From: an uncultured Nitrospiraceae bacterium
GTDB taxonomy: Bacteria > Nitrospirota > Thermodesulfovibrionia > Thermodesulfovibrionales > Dissulfurispiraceae
Direction: 5' to 3'
Assembly: GCA_963727805.1 (NCBI GenBank)
Contig: CAVSHF010000003.1
Location: forward strand, 544,001 to 608,000
Length of the DNA: 64,000 nucleotides
The translations under genes were made by a program, and so were the position numbers. Below, one piece after another: positions 41,287-51,630 of the stretch. The first letter of the stretch is position 1. Each line of letters begins with the position of its first letter. The notes beneath the pieces were generated by a model. It saw only the letters and a program-made list of their open reading frames with translations, was not told the origin of the DNA and ran no database searches.

Positions 41287-43614
41287 GTGAAGAAAATGGT
41301 CGAGCGCAGACAGTTGGAAGAAAAAAACCCTGATGGCGAAGAACGCTGTCGTCTATTGATTCATGGACTCGACGCTATCATATGGGAAGCTGACCCGACG
41401 ACGTTGCAATTCTCCTTTGTGAGTGCGAGAGCTAAAGCTATCCTGGGGTATCCTATCGAACAGTGGTTGAAAGAACCCAATTTCTGGGTTGACCATATTC
41501 ATCCCGATGATCGCGAGCAAGCTGTAGCCTTTTGCCGAGCTGCAATCAATGAAGGAAGAGACCACAGGTTTGAGTATCGAGCTTTGGCAGCGGATGGTCG
41601 AGTAGTATGGCTACGCGACATCGTTCGCATCATTCCAAGCGGAGAAGGAAAAGGACAGAGATTGCTCGGTTTGATGATCGACATTACCGAGTACAAACGA
41701 ATGGAAGACGCCCTGCAAAACAGTGACATGCGATTCCGCATGGCTTTTGCTCAAGCTGCTGTTGGCCAAGCATTGAGCGATGAGAAAGTAAATTTCATAC
41801 AAGTGAATAAGGCTTTTTGTGATATCACCGGCTATACAGAGCAGGAACTACTTTCAATGAGCCTTGAGTCAATTACTCATCCCGAGGATTTCCCAGCATG
41901 TATGGAGCAAATTCGAGAGCTGTTGTCTGGCATGACAGACAGCTTCATTATAGAAAAAAGATTCATAACAAAATCTGGAGATCCAGTATGGGTCCGCAAC
42001 AGCGTTGCCGCTGTACGCGATAAACTTGGAGGCATCAGTAACTTCATCGCACTGAGTGAAGACATCACCGAAAGGAAAAAGGCGGAGGAGTGTCTCAGAT
42101 CGTCTGAAGAAAAATATCGCAGCATATTCGAAGACACCAAGGATGTCATATTCATAAGTACTCCGAAGGGAGAGTTTGCCGATATTAATCCTGCCGGCCT
42201 TGAATGGCTTGGATATTCATCCCTGGAGGAACTAACAAAGATTGATATTGCCACTGACTTATATGTAAATACTGAAGACCGTTTTCTTTTTCAGCAATCG
42301 ATAGACCGACATGGATATGTTAAGGATTTTGAAGTGGAGTTAAAAAAAGCAAATGGTCAAAAGATAACGGTCAAGATAACGGCTACAGCCGTCCGCGACG
42401 AAAAAGGAAGAGTTGTCAATTACCGCGGGATTATGCGGGATGTGACTCTAGAGAAAACCCTTGAGCATCAAATTATGCAGGCCCAAAAGATGGAGGCGGT
42501 GGGGCAACTTGCCGGGGGCATTGCACACGACTTCAATAACATACTCTCAGCAATCATTGGTTACGGACATCTTGTCCTTATGCAGATTCAAGAGGACAGT
42601 CCACTTCGAACCTATATAGAGCAGATACTCGACTCTTCGGAAAGGGCAGCTGTGCTGACTCAGAATTTACTGGCATTTAGCAGAAAACAAATCATAAATC
42701 CTCAGCCGTGCAGAATCAACCAGATTATAAGAAATGTAGCTCCAGTCTTAACAAAACTCATTAGAGAGGATATTGAACTTAAACTCGACTTGAGTGTAGA
42801 GGATAGCACTGTAGTAGTGGACCGTTTACAAATTGAACAAGTACTGATGAATCTTGTAACCAATGCCCGAGATGCCATGTCAACTGGAGGCATATTAACG
42901 ATAAGCACACAAAAAATGGATATGGACGCGACATTTGTCGAGGTCCACGGGTATGGGAAGATTGGCAAGTATATAATCATATCGGTAGAAGATACCGGCG
43001 TAGGCCTGGATGAAATGACTAAGGCAAGGATATTTGAGCCTTTTTTCACTACTAAGGATATGGGTAGAGGAACAGGACTTGGCTTGGCAATGGTATATGG
43101 GGTTGTTAAGCAAAATGATGGTTTTATCAACGTATATAGTGAAGTGGGGAAAGGAACCACATTCAGAATATATTTGCCAGAAGTCCTCGTCAAAGTTGAA
43201 CAAAGCAACGATGTAGAGATTAAGTCACCGGTAGGTGGCACGGAAACAATTCTCGTAGTTGAAGATGACCGGGCACTAAGGAAACTTGCTGTTACATTGC
43301 TTGAGAAGTATGGATATACCGTGATTGAAGCTATTGATGGCGATGACGCGTTAGTTCGCTTTGATGAATACAAAAAGAGCATTGATCTTCTGATTACAGA
43401 CGTAGTAATACCCAAGAGGAGCGGCATCGAGGTGTTTGAAGAGATAAAGAAGTTCAACCCTGGAACGAAAGTACTCTTCCTGAGTGGTTATTCAAAGGAT
43501 ATTACACAGAAGAAGGGGATTCTTGACACGAGTGTAAATTTTCTTCAGAAACCAGTTAGTCCAAATACTTTGCTGAAGAAGGTCAGAGAAATCATGGACC
43601 ATAAGCTTGGATGA
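41287..43614 (+). CDS. Hybrid sensor kinase (3 PAS, HisKA, HATPase, REC)
   Basis: HPDD/HPED PAS repeats, AHDFNN, FFTTK..GTGLGL, C-terminal receiver. Confidence 0.93.
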   Translation: MKKMVERRQLEEKNPDGEERCRLLIHGLDAIIWEADPTTLQFSFVSARAKAILGYPIEQWLKEPNFWVDHIHPDDREQAVAFCRAAINEGRDHRFEYRALAADGRVVWLRDIVRIIPSGEGKGQRLLGLMIDITEYKRMEDALQNSDMRFRMAFAQAAVGQALSDEKVNFIQVNKAFCDITGYTEQELLSMSLESITHPEDFPACMEQIRELLSGMTDSFIIEKRFITKSGDPVWVRNSVAAVRDKLGGISNFIALSEDITERKKAEECLRSSEEKYRSIFEDTKDVIFISTPKGEFADINPAGLEWLGYSSLEELTKIDIATDLYVNTEDRFLFQQSIDRHGYVKDFEVELKKANGQKITVKITATAVRDEKGRVVNYRGIMRDVTLEKTLEHQIMQAQKMEAVGQLAGGIAHDFNNILSAIIGYGHLVLMQIQEDSPLRTYIEQILDSSERAAVLTQNLLAFSRKQIINPQPCRINQIIRNVAPVLTKLIREDIELKLDLSVEDSTVVVDRLQIEQVLMNLVTNARDAMSTGGILTISTQKMDMDATFVEVHGYGKIGKYIIISVEDTGVGLDEMTKARIFEPFFTTKDMGRGTGLGLAMVYGVVKQNDGFINVYSEVGKGTTFRIYLPEVLVKVEQSNDVEIKSPVGGTETILVVEDDRALRKLAVTLLEKYGYTVIEAIDGDDALVRFDEYKKSIDLLITDVVIPKRSGIEVFEEIKKFNPGTKVLFLSGYSKDITQKKGILDTSVNFLQKPVSPNTLLKKVREIMDHKLG

Positions 43615-43867
43615 TTTTGTTGTCCTTGCGCGTCCTGACGACATCCGTGCAAATATCTGGCATTCCATAACAGTTTCCTCGGGAATAAACTATTAGGCAG
43701 ATAGTTAGCAGCAGATTCTGCCTCGTCAAATTTCGATTAGTATCGGGAAGTAACGAAGCGTCTTCGCCGTGTAGGCCGCTGGCTAGATTGTGAGTACCCG
43801 AGAATCCTGATTTAACAATTATTTTCGGAATTCAACAGTCTTGCTCAGAGGTTCGAAGTATCGATAA

Positions 43868-44224
43868 TCAGGCAGAGGTATTTGCCTCTCGAATAAAGTG
43901 AGGCATTGATGCAGGAATCTCGATCACTATCTCCACAAAACCGCGATATTCATCATTCACATGCCAAGGGGTTTGATAAATCAGTTTCTTGACTCCTTTT
44001 TTTTCGATAGTGTAAATATTCGTGCCCCGCTCTTCCATTAGTTGTTTAAGCTTTAATCGGGCGGGTTCGGGGTGGCAGTCCAGTAAATTGGAACCCAAGA
44101 GTTGTCTACCTCCCCTTTTTTGAAATACGGTTACTGCTTTTTCATTCATCTCAAGTATTATCCCGTCAGGATCGCAGACAATAACCGACCCTGGAAATTC
44201 TTCTACCCATGCATATTTCTCCAT
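43868..44224 (-). CDS. Stand-alone PAS domain protein
   Basis: VCDPDGIILEMN, LLDCHP, YTIEKKG..KLIYQTPW. Confidence 0.8.
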   Translation of the reverse strand: MEKYAWVEEFPGSVIVCDPDGIILEMNEKAVTVFQKRGGRQLLGSNLLDCHPEPARLKLKQLMEERGTNIYTIEKKGVKKLIYQTPWHVNDEYRGFVEIVIEIPASMPHFIREANTSA

Positions 44225-44496
44225 CGGCACTGCCCTCCCGGTTTGTCTCATATTATACTCCGATTTTCACAGTAACTCCCGAAGGAGCGGATCCTGAATA
44301 CACTGATTGTTAAAACAGACAATCGGGGGTCGTTTCAACACTCCGCCAAGTAATGAACAGTGCCAGAGAGTCTCTCCGACCTTTTATTTCTGAAGAAACA
44401 TGACAACAGCGTGAGCGGTTGTTGCAATAGTCAAGAGTTGCCTTTACAACATCTGTCAACGCAGATTTCAACTTTTTCCTATCTGCCCCTGATTTT

Positions 44497-44919
44497 TTAC
44501 TTTTGGGGTTTCGCAAGCAACCATGTGAATGTGCTTTCAAAGGTGACGTTCTTCCCTTCATCCACGATCTTTACCATGACGTCCACAAGGGCCGATCCCT
44601 TTTCCGAGAGTTCTTTCTTCGCCTTCATGGCTCTGTCTGCTTCAATAAAGCCTGTTGAAAATAGTCTTCCCTTTGCTGGGTTTCTATACTTGACTTCAAC
44701 CCTCCTCACCACTGGGAAATAAGCTCCGTTCCAGTCACCAAAGTTTCTTTCCAGGATCTTCCCGCTTGAGGCTTCAGCCAGTGCATATTGAGCAGATGCA
44801 TGCATAGTGCCTAAATAATTCTGATATATTACACGGTCTTCAAGCATAAGAATCGTGTCGGGGACATCCGACTTCTTTATCAATAGGATCTTGTTAAAAG
44901 GCAGGTCTAAAACATTCAG
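44497..44919 (-). CDS. Hot-dog fold thioesterase (DUF4442/PaaI-like)
   Basis: LPFNK, NYLGTMHASAQYALAE, VKYRNPA; probable CTG start after AAAGGA. Confidence 0.75.
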   Translation of the reverse strand: MNVLDLPFNKILLIKKSDVPDTILMLEDRVIYQNYLGTMHASAQYALAEASSGKILERNFGDWNGAYFPVVRRVEVKYRNPAKGRLFSTGFIEADRAMKAKKELSEKGSALVDVMVKIVDEGKNVTFESTFTWLLAKPQK

Positions 44920-44995
44920 TTTCTTCCTTTCGTATAGGCTGATAATAATAGCAAGTCAAGAGTTCCGTTACAAGGACTGCAGACATGATTAGTGT

Positions 44996-46699
44996 TCAAG
45001 GCATCTTTGGAATGAGGACTGTCAGAATAGTCCCTTTATTTTGACTTCCAGTTATATGCACTTCACCTTTCCAAATGTGCACGCGCTCGCGGATCCCCAG
45101 AATACCAAAAGAATTAGCTTTGGAGATTTGTTCCTCAGTAATTCCGATACCATTATCAGAAATCTCAAGTATGATACTGTCGTCTCGTTCAGTTAACGTC
45201 ACCCTAACCTTCGTCGCATTTGCATGCCGCAGCACATTTGTCAATGATTCCTGAAATATCCGAAACAATGCGATTGCCATATCAGAACTGACACTAATAT
45301 TCTCAGGATCTAAAGCCACTGGGCATTCAATGCCCGAGCTTCTATTAAATTCCTGTGCCTGCCACTTGATTGCAGAACCTAACCCGAAATGATCCAGAAT
45401 GCTTGGTCTTAATTCCATGCAGATTTTTTTCACTGATTGAATAATCGTATCGATCGTCGCAATATCCTTCTTCAGCTCTTCCCCGAATACAGCAGCGGAA
45501 TCCATTGATTCCCGTGTGGTCCTTGATAAATTAAACTTCAGCGCTGTCAGCATCTGTCCAAGCTCATCGTGTATCTCACGAGCAATTAGGGTTCTTTCTT
45601 CCTCTCTTATAGATTGCAGATGTGCGGTAAGGTCATGTAATCGCTCATGAGACACTCTTATTTCTTCCTCTGAGAGCCTGTTTTTTTCGCGCATCCTCAG
45701 AGACGTGATTGCAAATGCTACATTGTCGGCAAGTTCTTTAAGCAAAATGCACTCTTCCGCAATGAAGACGTCAGCTTGCGAAGCATAAATTGTGAGCGAT
45801 CCAAAGCATTTTTTACCATTCAAAAGAGGCAGACCGATTGCAGAAGCAAATCCCCTCCTGATTGCTTCTTCACGCCATGGTGCCATAAACGGATTATCTA
45901 ACCTGTTGTTCTGAACACACATGTTACCCGTTCTTATCGCTGTCCCAGTCGGGCCCCGGCCCCATTGATTATCTTCCCAGGTCACTTTTATGGCGCTGAG
46001 ATAGCTGTCCTCGTGGCCCGCATATGCGTATGGCAACACTCTCTTTTCCTCATTATCCTGTGGATAGCCGATCCATGCCATCAGATACTTTCCTTCCTCT
46101 ACGACTATCCGACATATTTCATTGGCGAAAGTTTGTTCGTCAGTAGCATGAACGATTGCAGCATTACTTCTGCTAAGCGTCCTTAATGCACGATCTACTT
46201 TGACAAGCTCCTTTTCTGCTTGTTGTCGATGAGCAATTTCATCTTTCAATTCAATGTTAGCCTGAATCAAGTCCGAGTGGGCTATCCTCAGCGCTTCTAG
46301 TGTCTTTCGACGCTCCGTATGCTCCGCCGCCTCTTTTAAAGCTCTGCGCACCGAAGGTACCAGCCTTTGACTGCCGCTTTTCAAGACATAATCCGTCGCA
46401 CCTCTCTTGAGTGTTTCAATAGCTAATTCTTCACCAATTGTCCCTGAAATGAAAATAAAAGGTATGTCGGGACATTTTTCTTTTGCAATGGCGAGTGCGT
46501 CGATTCCATCAAAGCCCGGTAAGGCACGATCGACAAATATTATGTCAAATCGGCCCTGATCGATCGCAGTGATAAATTCATCGCGGCCTTCTACACGGAA
46601 GATGTCCGTTGTGATGCCCTCTGCGTCAAGAATCGCTTTCACGAGTTCGGCGTCAAGAGGGTCGTCTTCGAGGTGTAGAATCCGCAAAGGCGAATTCAT
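44996..46699 (-). CDS. REC-GAF-HisKA_3 hybrid signalling protein
   Basis: LRILHLEDD, GATDYVLK, GAF (GRGPTGTAIRTG), IAREIHDELGQ. Confidence 0.9.
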   Translation of the reverse strand: MNSPLRILHLEDDPLDAELVKAILDAEGITTDIFRVEGRDEFITAIDQGRFDIIFVDRALPGFDGIDALAIAKEKCPDIPFIFISGTIGEELAIETLKRGATDYVLKSGSQRLVPSVRRALKEAAEHTERRKTLEALRIAHSDLIQANIELKDEIAHRQQAEKELVKVDRALRTLSRSNAAIVHATDEQTFANEICRIVVEEGKYLMAWIGYPQDNEEKRVLPYAYAGHEDSYLSAIKVTWEDNQWGRGPTGTAIRTGNMCVQNNRLDNPFMAPWREEAIRRGFASAIGLPLLNGKKCFGSLTIYASQADVFIAEECILLKELADNVAFAITSLRMREKNRLSEEEIRVSHERLHDLTAHLQSIREEERTLIAREIHDELGQMLTALKFNLSRTTRESMDSAAVFGEELKKDIATIDTIIQSVKKICMELRPSILDHFGLGSAIKWQAQEFNRSSGIECPVALDPENISVSSDMAIALFRIFQESLTNVLRHANATKVRVTLTERDDSIILEISDNGIGITEEQISKANSFGILGIRERVHIWKGEVHITGSQNKGTILTVLIPKMP

Positions 46700-46744
46700 C
46701 TTAAAGCTTCTCATCTTATAAAGCCTTTTTGTTTTGCATACGTT

Positions 46745-46959
46745 TCTTACCGCAGGTTCGCTGACGATAGCCCCATAGGCCCTTATGAGTTTGATAATGC
46801 CCGAACTCATAGAAATCGGCCGACTGAATTACAATAGGGCTTGCCAGCCGATACTGCTCCCTATGTCTCGACCCTCATAAGAAGATGTCAGGATTACCAC
46901 AGGCATGCACTTAAGCCTACTGTCGCTCTTCATAGTCTGAAAACTTCCAGTCTATTCAT
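46745..46959 (-). pseudogene. Decayed single-domain response regulator (Rcp1-like)
   Basis: Across frameshifts: LEVF/QTMKSDSRLKCMPVVILTSSYEGRDI/..YRL..ADFYEF/IIKLIRAYGAIVSEP. Confidence 0.7.
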
Positions 46960-47941
46960 CTATTGTGCTCCCATATTAATTCATGCTTTATTTCATCTTT
47001 CAAAAACAAAGCGTCAATGACTCGTATTGTAATTGGAAGTGTCAAGAATATTATTAAGCCAATTATACATTCGGACTTGAGAAATGTGCTGAGTGCCATT
47101 ATCAGTAAATAACATATCACAATCAAGATAAATTTGGAATATCAATATTCCTGAGGAAGATGCTCTATGAAAATGCGCCATTGATAGGCGAAATGGAGCA
47201 GCATGATAATAATTCCGATAAATAAATTTAATATCATTAGAATCTCACTCATAATTATGGAACAAATGTATTAGCTTGTCCCTGAAGAGACAAAATATTT
47301 TCTTGGCCATGCCGGCCCATTTTCAATATGTTAAGAGTATAATTTCTCATCCTTGTCTTACCTTATAAAAGCTGCTCTTCGATTGTAATATAAATCCAAC
47401 TGCTCTGGGCGTCATCACCTGATATAATATTTGCAATAACTCTGCCATAACTATCTGGCCAATGCTCCATATAAATAAAATAATGAGCGCAGAAACTAAA
47501 TCGATGACAATTGTGAAAACGCCGGACAAACTCGATCAACCTCGGCAGTGTGAACACTAGGAAGTAAATGCTTCGTGAAACTCTCTCAGGATGTTTGTTG
47601 CCCAGACAACTACGTTTATCATAAAGCTGCACCAGCAAAGATTAAATGGAGCACTTCGCTCAGTAACAAGGTTCCCGCGTGGGCAGCTTGAGTCTCGGTA
47701 TATTTATTCATTAGCAAAGACTTCTTTGATCACAAACAACACATATTTGTCGAATTTTGCTCATATGGATAGGTCTTGCAGACTGACATGTGAGAGATTT
47801 CATCTAATCGTGGCTTATTTCAGTAAGCGTCAACACTTTTCCGCCAAATCACCAAAGGCAGCTAGTTATTTCACCAATTGGATTTAGCGTAAAGTCTGCA
47901 CCAAGACGGTGGATTAATGTCATGTAAGGGGAAAATAGTGA

Positions 47942-47957
47942 TGGCACGGTTATTGCA
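47942..47957 (+). promoter_or_regulatory. Sigma54 promoter
   Basis: TGGCACGGTTATTGCA, near-perfect -24/-12 consensus. Confidence 0.75.
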
Positions 47958-48045
47958 AAAAAAATTAGAGTAGATAAATGCCGGAATGCGATTACTATAA
48001 CACTGTAGCATCAGTTTGCATATAAAAACTAGACAAGGATAAAAA

Positions 48046-48249
48046 ATGAAAACACCAAATTATCAGTGCGCTAAAGACGATCCAGCTCATATCATCGAGA
48101 AAGCGTATGCTTACGAGAAGTGCTATATGTATAGAGCATTAATGATAGTTGGTGATTTTGGCGCAAATCTCTTAACTCCTGCTGATACCTTTCGCAAATG
48201 GGCCGATAGGGCAAATAGAATTACTTCCTCACGGTTTGGGCGAAGCTGA
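48046..48249 (+). CDS. Small hypothetical protein
   Basis: AAGGA RBS; downstream of the sigma54 promoter; no recognised motif. Confidence 0.45.
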   Translation: MKTPNYQCAKDDPAHIIEKAYAYEKCYMYRALMIVGDFGANLLTPADTFRKWADRANRITSSRFGRS

Positions 48250-48531
48250 TACTTTAATTAATACCTGTTTAAGTATTGGAAGAAAGCGTGGCAAAGCCCA
48301 GAGCCGGCAGGATCTATTTACAGTTGAAGTCAGCAGAAGGTTAACAGTTTTAAGAATATTGACGTTAGGAAGTATTATTGTTGCAAGAGCATAAAAGAGC
48401 AAAGACCAAAGTGAGCGGATTTACAACACAAATCTTTATAGCCCCGAACATTTATTTAGGCTACTTTCTCCCAATCCGAATTGCCCGCTTCTGGTCAAGC
48501 TGAATTGACGCTTCAGTTTCGATATCGCAGC

Positions 48532-48837
48532 CTAATCAATGAACTCGATTCCGTAAAAACCCTTCCGACTCCAGACTACACGCCCTCTTGTTGCAGACGG
48601 CGATTGGAACTTAATGACATCTCCGACCTTAAGTTGGGCTTCAGTCGTTATTCTACATCCACCAAGCGACGACTCTAGAATGCCGGGAGCATACTTATGC
48701 CCGCTGTAGGCGAACTTCGCTTTAGTTTGATTTTTCTGAGGCTCGCAGCGCGGCATTTCGCGTCGCTCTTTTTTGACGCAGGACTGACGAATGTTAGTTA
48801 TTTTCTTTTCTTCTAATATTCTTTTTTTGATAGTCAT
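48532..48837 (-). CDS. PilZ-like domain protein
   Basis: ERREMPR (RxxxR), ESSLGG (D/NxSxxG variant), GRVVW..YGIEF. Confidence 0.7.
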   Translation of the reverse strand: MTIKKRILEEKKITNIRQSCVKKERREMPRCEPQKNQTKAKFAYSGHKYAPGILESSLGGCRITTEAQLKVGDVIKFQSPSATRGRVVWSRKGFYGIEFID

Positions 48838-49107
48838 GTTCACCCCCCCCAAAAGAATATTTTTTTATTGTGGAAACGTCTATGTATTATTATCGGGAGT
48901 AAACTACAGACCTTTAGAGAGGAAAGCTTCCGGAGCATTGCTCTTATCTGGTTAAGTAACGTATTTCTTGCTTCGATATGACGTAGTCGGTGGCACTTCG
49001 TAAAATAGCCATACTCATTTCTGAGAGAAATTTCATCTCTCAATATGCTGTTTTGCTCACCCTGCCCTTACATCGCTCTGGGAAATATTAAGTCTGCACG
49101 CGGGGCT

Positions 49108-49384
49108 TCAGCTAAAGTGCAAAAAATAAAGACTGGCTGCCTTAAAGGTGCTACACTGTGCAAGATCTCCTGTCTCAATGCCCCTTCTGAACCAGCGAAA
49201 CCGGTGTTCAGGGCTATCATGGGTAAAAGAATCAAGGACAACATATCCTTGGCCCTGATTCTGGAGGCGGTCGTCACCGATGTTCCTTGCTGTGCAAAGT
49301 TGCTTCAACATCTCCAGCTTCAAGTATTTTCTTGGTTCTGTTTGCATGGTAACCCCAAATGTCGGCAAGACAGTCAGCCCGGCT
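49108..49384 (-). pseudogene. C-terminal fragment of a YpfJ-type neutral zinc metallopeptidase
   Basis: ADCLADIWGYHA..ILEAGDVE / frameshift / IGDDRLQNQGQGYVVLDSFTH..RWFRRG..GD..C.TF. Confidence 0.75.
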
Positions 49385-49798
49385 TTATGATAGTGCTTGT
49401 TTAGTTTTTACAGGCTGGCTCTCCCCCATCTGTGAAATCATAGACTTCAAAATCACACGTCTGGCCTCCGAGGAGCTTACTATGCAAATACTCTATATAA
49501 CCTGCACAGTCAATAAGAAGCCGGTCAGTGTCAACACAGGCAACATTTGTGATCTTCGTATCGAGTTGTTCTCCGGAATACGCTGGATCACGTGATCTTA
49601 TATGAAATCTATTCACCTTCCTAATGAATGGAATCAATTTCTTGGCCGGTTGCGAGAACTTATGTTAAGTTGTGATCGTAAGAACTATAGATGGAGAGTT
49701 AAGGGAATCAACCTCGAAAGATCGAACGGCAGAAAAGCGTATATTGGGAGGCTATCTCTTTTTATTCACAGATCCCCACCGGGCATTATGCTCGCGGC

Positions 49799-50476
49799 TC
49801 ACTTATGCATAAGAAACGCGGCCAACTTGTAATTGAGCAAGTCCCCGATGTGCTCAATAGTTATATCAGCAGGCGGATAAGCGGCCATATTTTCGGGATC
49901 GAGCGCATATCGCCCTTGTCGTGGAAAAACCGTCGTAAGCTTGTCCCCCCATATTTTTTTCATCGCGGTGAGAATGCGCAGCTTATCGTCAACCATGATG
50001 TAATGGCGGGCAGGATAGCGCAACTCGACATCCGCTAGCATCTGCTCTTTATGGATGTAGATCAGGACACGGCCGCCGACCGCATCCCACAGCCCTGACA
50101 GTTGTATTTTGCGCGGCTGGAAGACCACGTCGCCATCGGACAGGATAACCGTCGTCCCCCACTTGCCCACGTACTCAAGAGCTTTTAGAGAGCCAGGGTA
50201 CAATCTGTTGGCAAATGGATAATCCACCAGGAATGAAGAAATCAACAGCAGTCGCGGGTCGCACCCTTCCTCAAGCCGATAACGCTGCAAGGACCCCAAG
50301 TAGTCCGCATAGCCCAACTCGGCGCGCAACTCCTCGAGGATGACAAAGTACCGGTCCCTGCTTTGGGCCCCAAACTCACGTTCGATATGGCGCCCAAGAT
50401 CGCTTATTACTCGGTCATTGTCGAGTAGCGTGTTATCGACATCAAACAAGAACACAACTTCTTTTTTCGAGATCAT
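49799..50476 (-). CDS. HAD family hydrolase
   Basis: FDVDNTL, LSDGD, VDDK. Confidence 0.88.
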   Translation of the reverse strand: MISKKEVVFLFDVDNTLLDNDRVISDLGRHIEREFGAQSRDRYFVILEELRAELGYADYLGSLQRYRLEEGCDPRLLLISSFLVDYPFANRLYPGSLKALEYVGKWGTTVILSDGDVVFQPRKIQLSGLWDAVGGRVLIYIHKEQMLADVELRYPARHYIMVDDKLRILTAMKKIWGDKLTTVFPRQGRYALDPENMAAYPPADITIEHIGDLLNYKLAAFLMHK

Positions 50477-50756
50477 CGCATTGCCCCCCCTGAATATGCT
50501 ACATGGGGAACCTCCCAGAAATGATGCCATACTTATTTGCACAGCGAGTTAGTGCATTTTCTTCGTGGGGGTCCGACAACAACACATGAACAGTCATCAT
50601 CATGGTCAATGATCTAGTAGTCAGGGTTTGTGCTATTTCCAATTTTCTAGGTGAGCTTAAAAAGGAAAAGCAAGACCTGAACTTGCGCTTTTGTCAGATC
50701 AAATAGGTTCAACCGCATTTTAGGAGTCCTGCCATTGCTAGAAGCCATTTGCAAAT

Positions 50757-51212
50757 CTATACTGGCGTCGCTTCTTGCACTGCTTTTCTAAATGCAAGCG
50801 GATCTTCTATCCCCTTATATAATTCTTTCGTACCGCCACTTCCTGTTATTATGATATCTCCATAATTCATCATTTTACCGAGGAGAGTTTGATTTACCGC
50901 TAACGCTTCGACTTTGTTCAATAGGATCTCCAAGGAACGAGTCTGGACCACGCCTGATTTCATGATCACCCTCTTATTCGTTACTGCGAATTCTGATGAT
51001 CTTTGAGTAATATATGCTCTCAAAACGAAGAAAACAGCGGGAAGGAGCAAAAGCAGTTCAAGGTGTTTATATCCCGCCTTGGCTACAATAAGCGCGAAAA
51101 CAGCTAAAACTATGACCGTGAATGCAACTGGAATAATGAAAACCTTCCAATGCAGCTGTGTGCGATAAATAACTATTTCATCCTTAAGGAGATGGGGGTC
51201 AACATAGCTCAT
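50757..51212 (-). CDS. Membrane protein with bacterial PH domain
   Basis: Two TM; EFAVTNKRVI, NYGDIIITGSGG. Confidence 0.85.
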   Translation of the reverse strand: MSYVDPHLLKDEIVIYRTQLHWKVFIIPVAFTVIVLAVFALIVAKAGYKHLELLLLLPAVFFVLRAYITQRSSEFAVTNKRVIMKSGVVQTRSLEILLNKVEALAVNQTLLGKMMNYGDIIITGSGGTKELYKGIEDPLAFRKAVQEATPV

Positions 51213-51630
51213 AACTGCTCCTTGTCTTATCCCCTTATTATACTATTTTTTAATGCTTGCCAAGTGGCCTGTGAAGTTATCCATCGACAATTAACTATTT
51301 TTTCGCTTGATAGCATCCAAAGATCGCAAATGATTATGGTTTCTTATCAAGTAAACAAATTGAGACAGATTAAAGATGTTTATTTCAATTACAGCGAAAC
51401 ATCGTCAAAAGCCGGCAAGGTATTTGATTCGATAAGAAATACTAGTTTTGTAGGCATATGATGAGACAGAGCATAATTAAACGAGAGTGCATACTTAACT
51501 ACAAAGAAACACTTTTAGGTGTGCCCGAAAAAGTGAATGTCTATTTATCCTCTTCGTTCTTATAGCAGCATATCAGAGATGCGGAGGAAAGAAGTGTTGA
51601 TAACAGATGAGTGCATGCGTTGTATCATCT

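Noticed and set aside
42702..43457. 251-aa minus ORF
   Set aside because: Antisense shadow of the hybrid kinase
46700..46810. N-terminal extension of the REC-GAF kinase
   Set aside because: Derived from the tail of the response-regulator pseudogene
47347..47887. Short ORFs in the AT-rich gap
   Set aside because: No RBS or motif support; possibly a decayed membrane-protein gene but not identifiable
49401..49637. 78-aa minus ORF
   Set aside because: Could be real but no motif or clear RBS; unsupported
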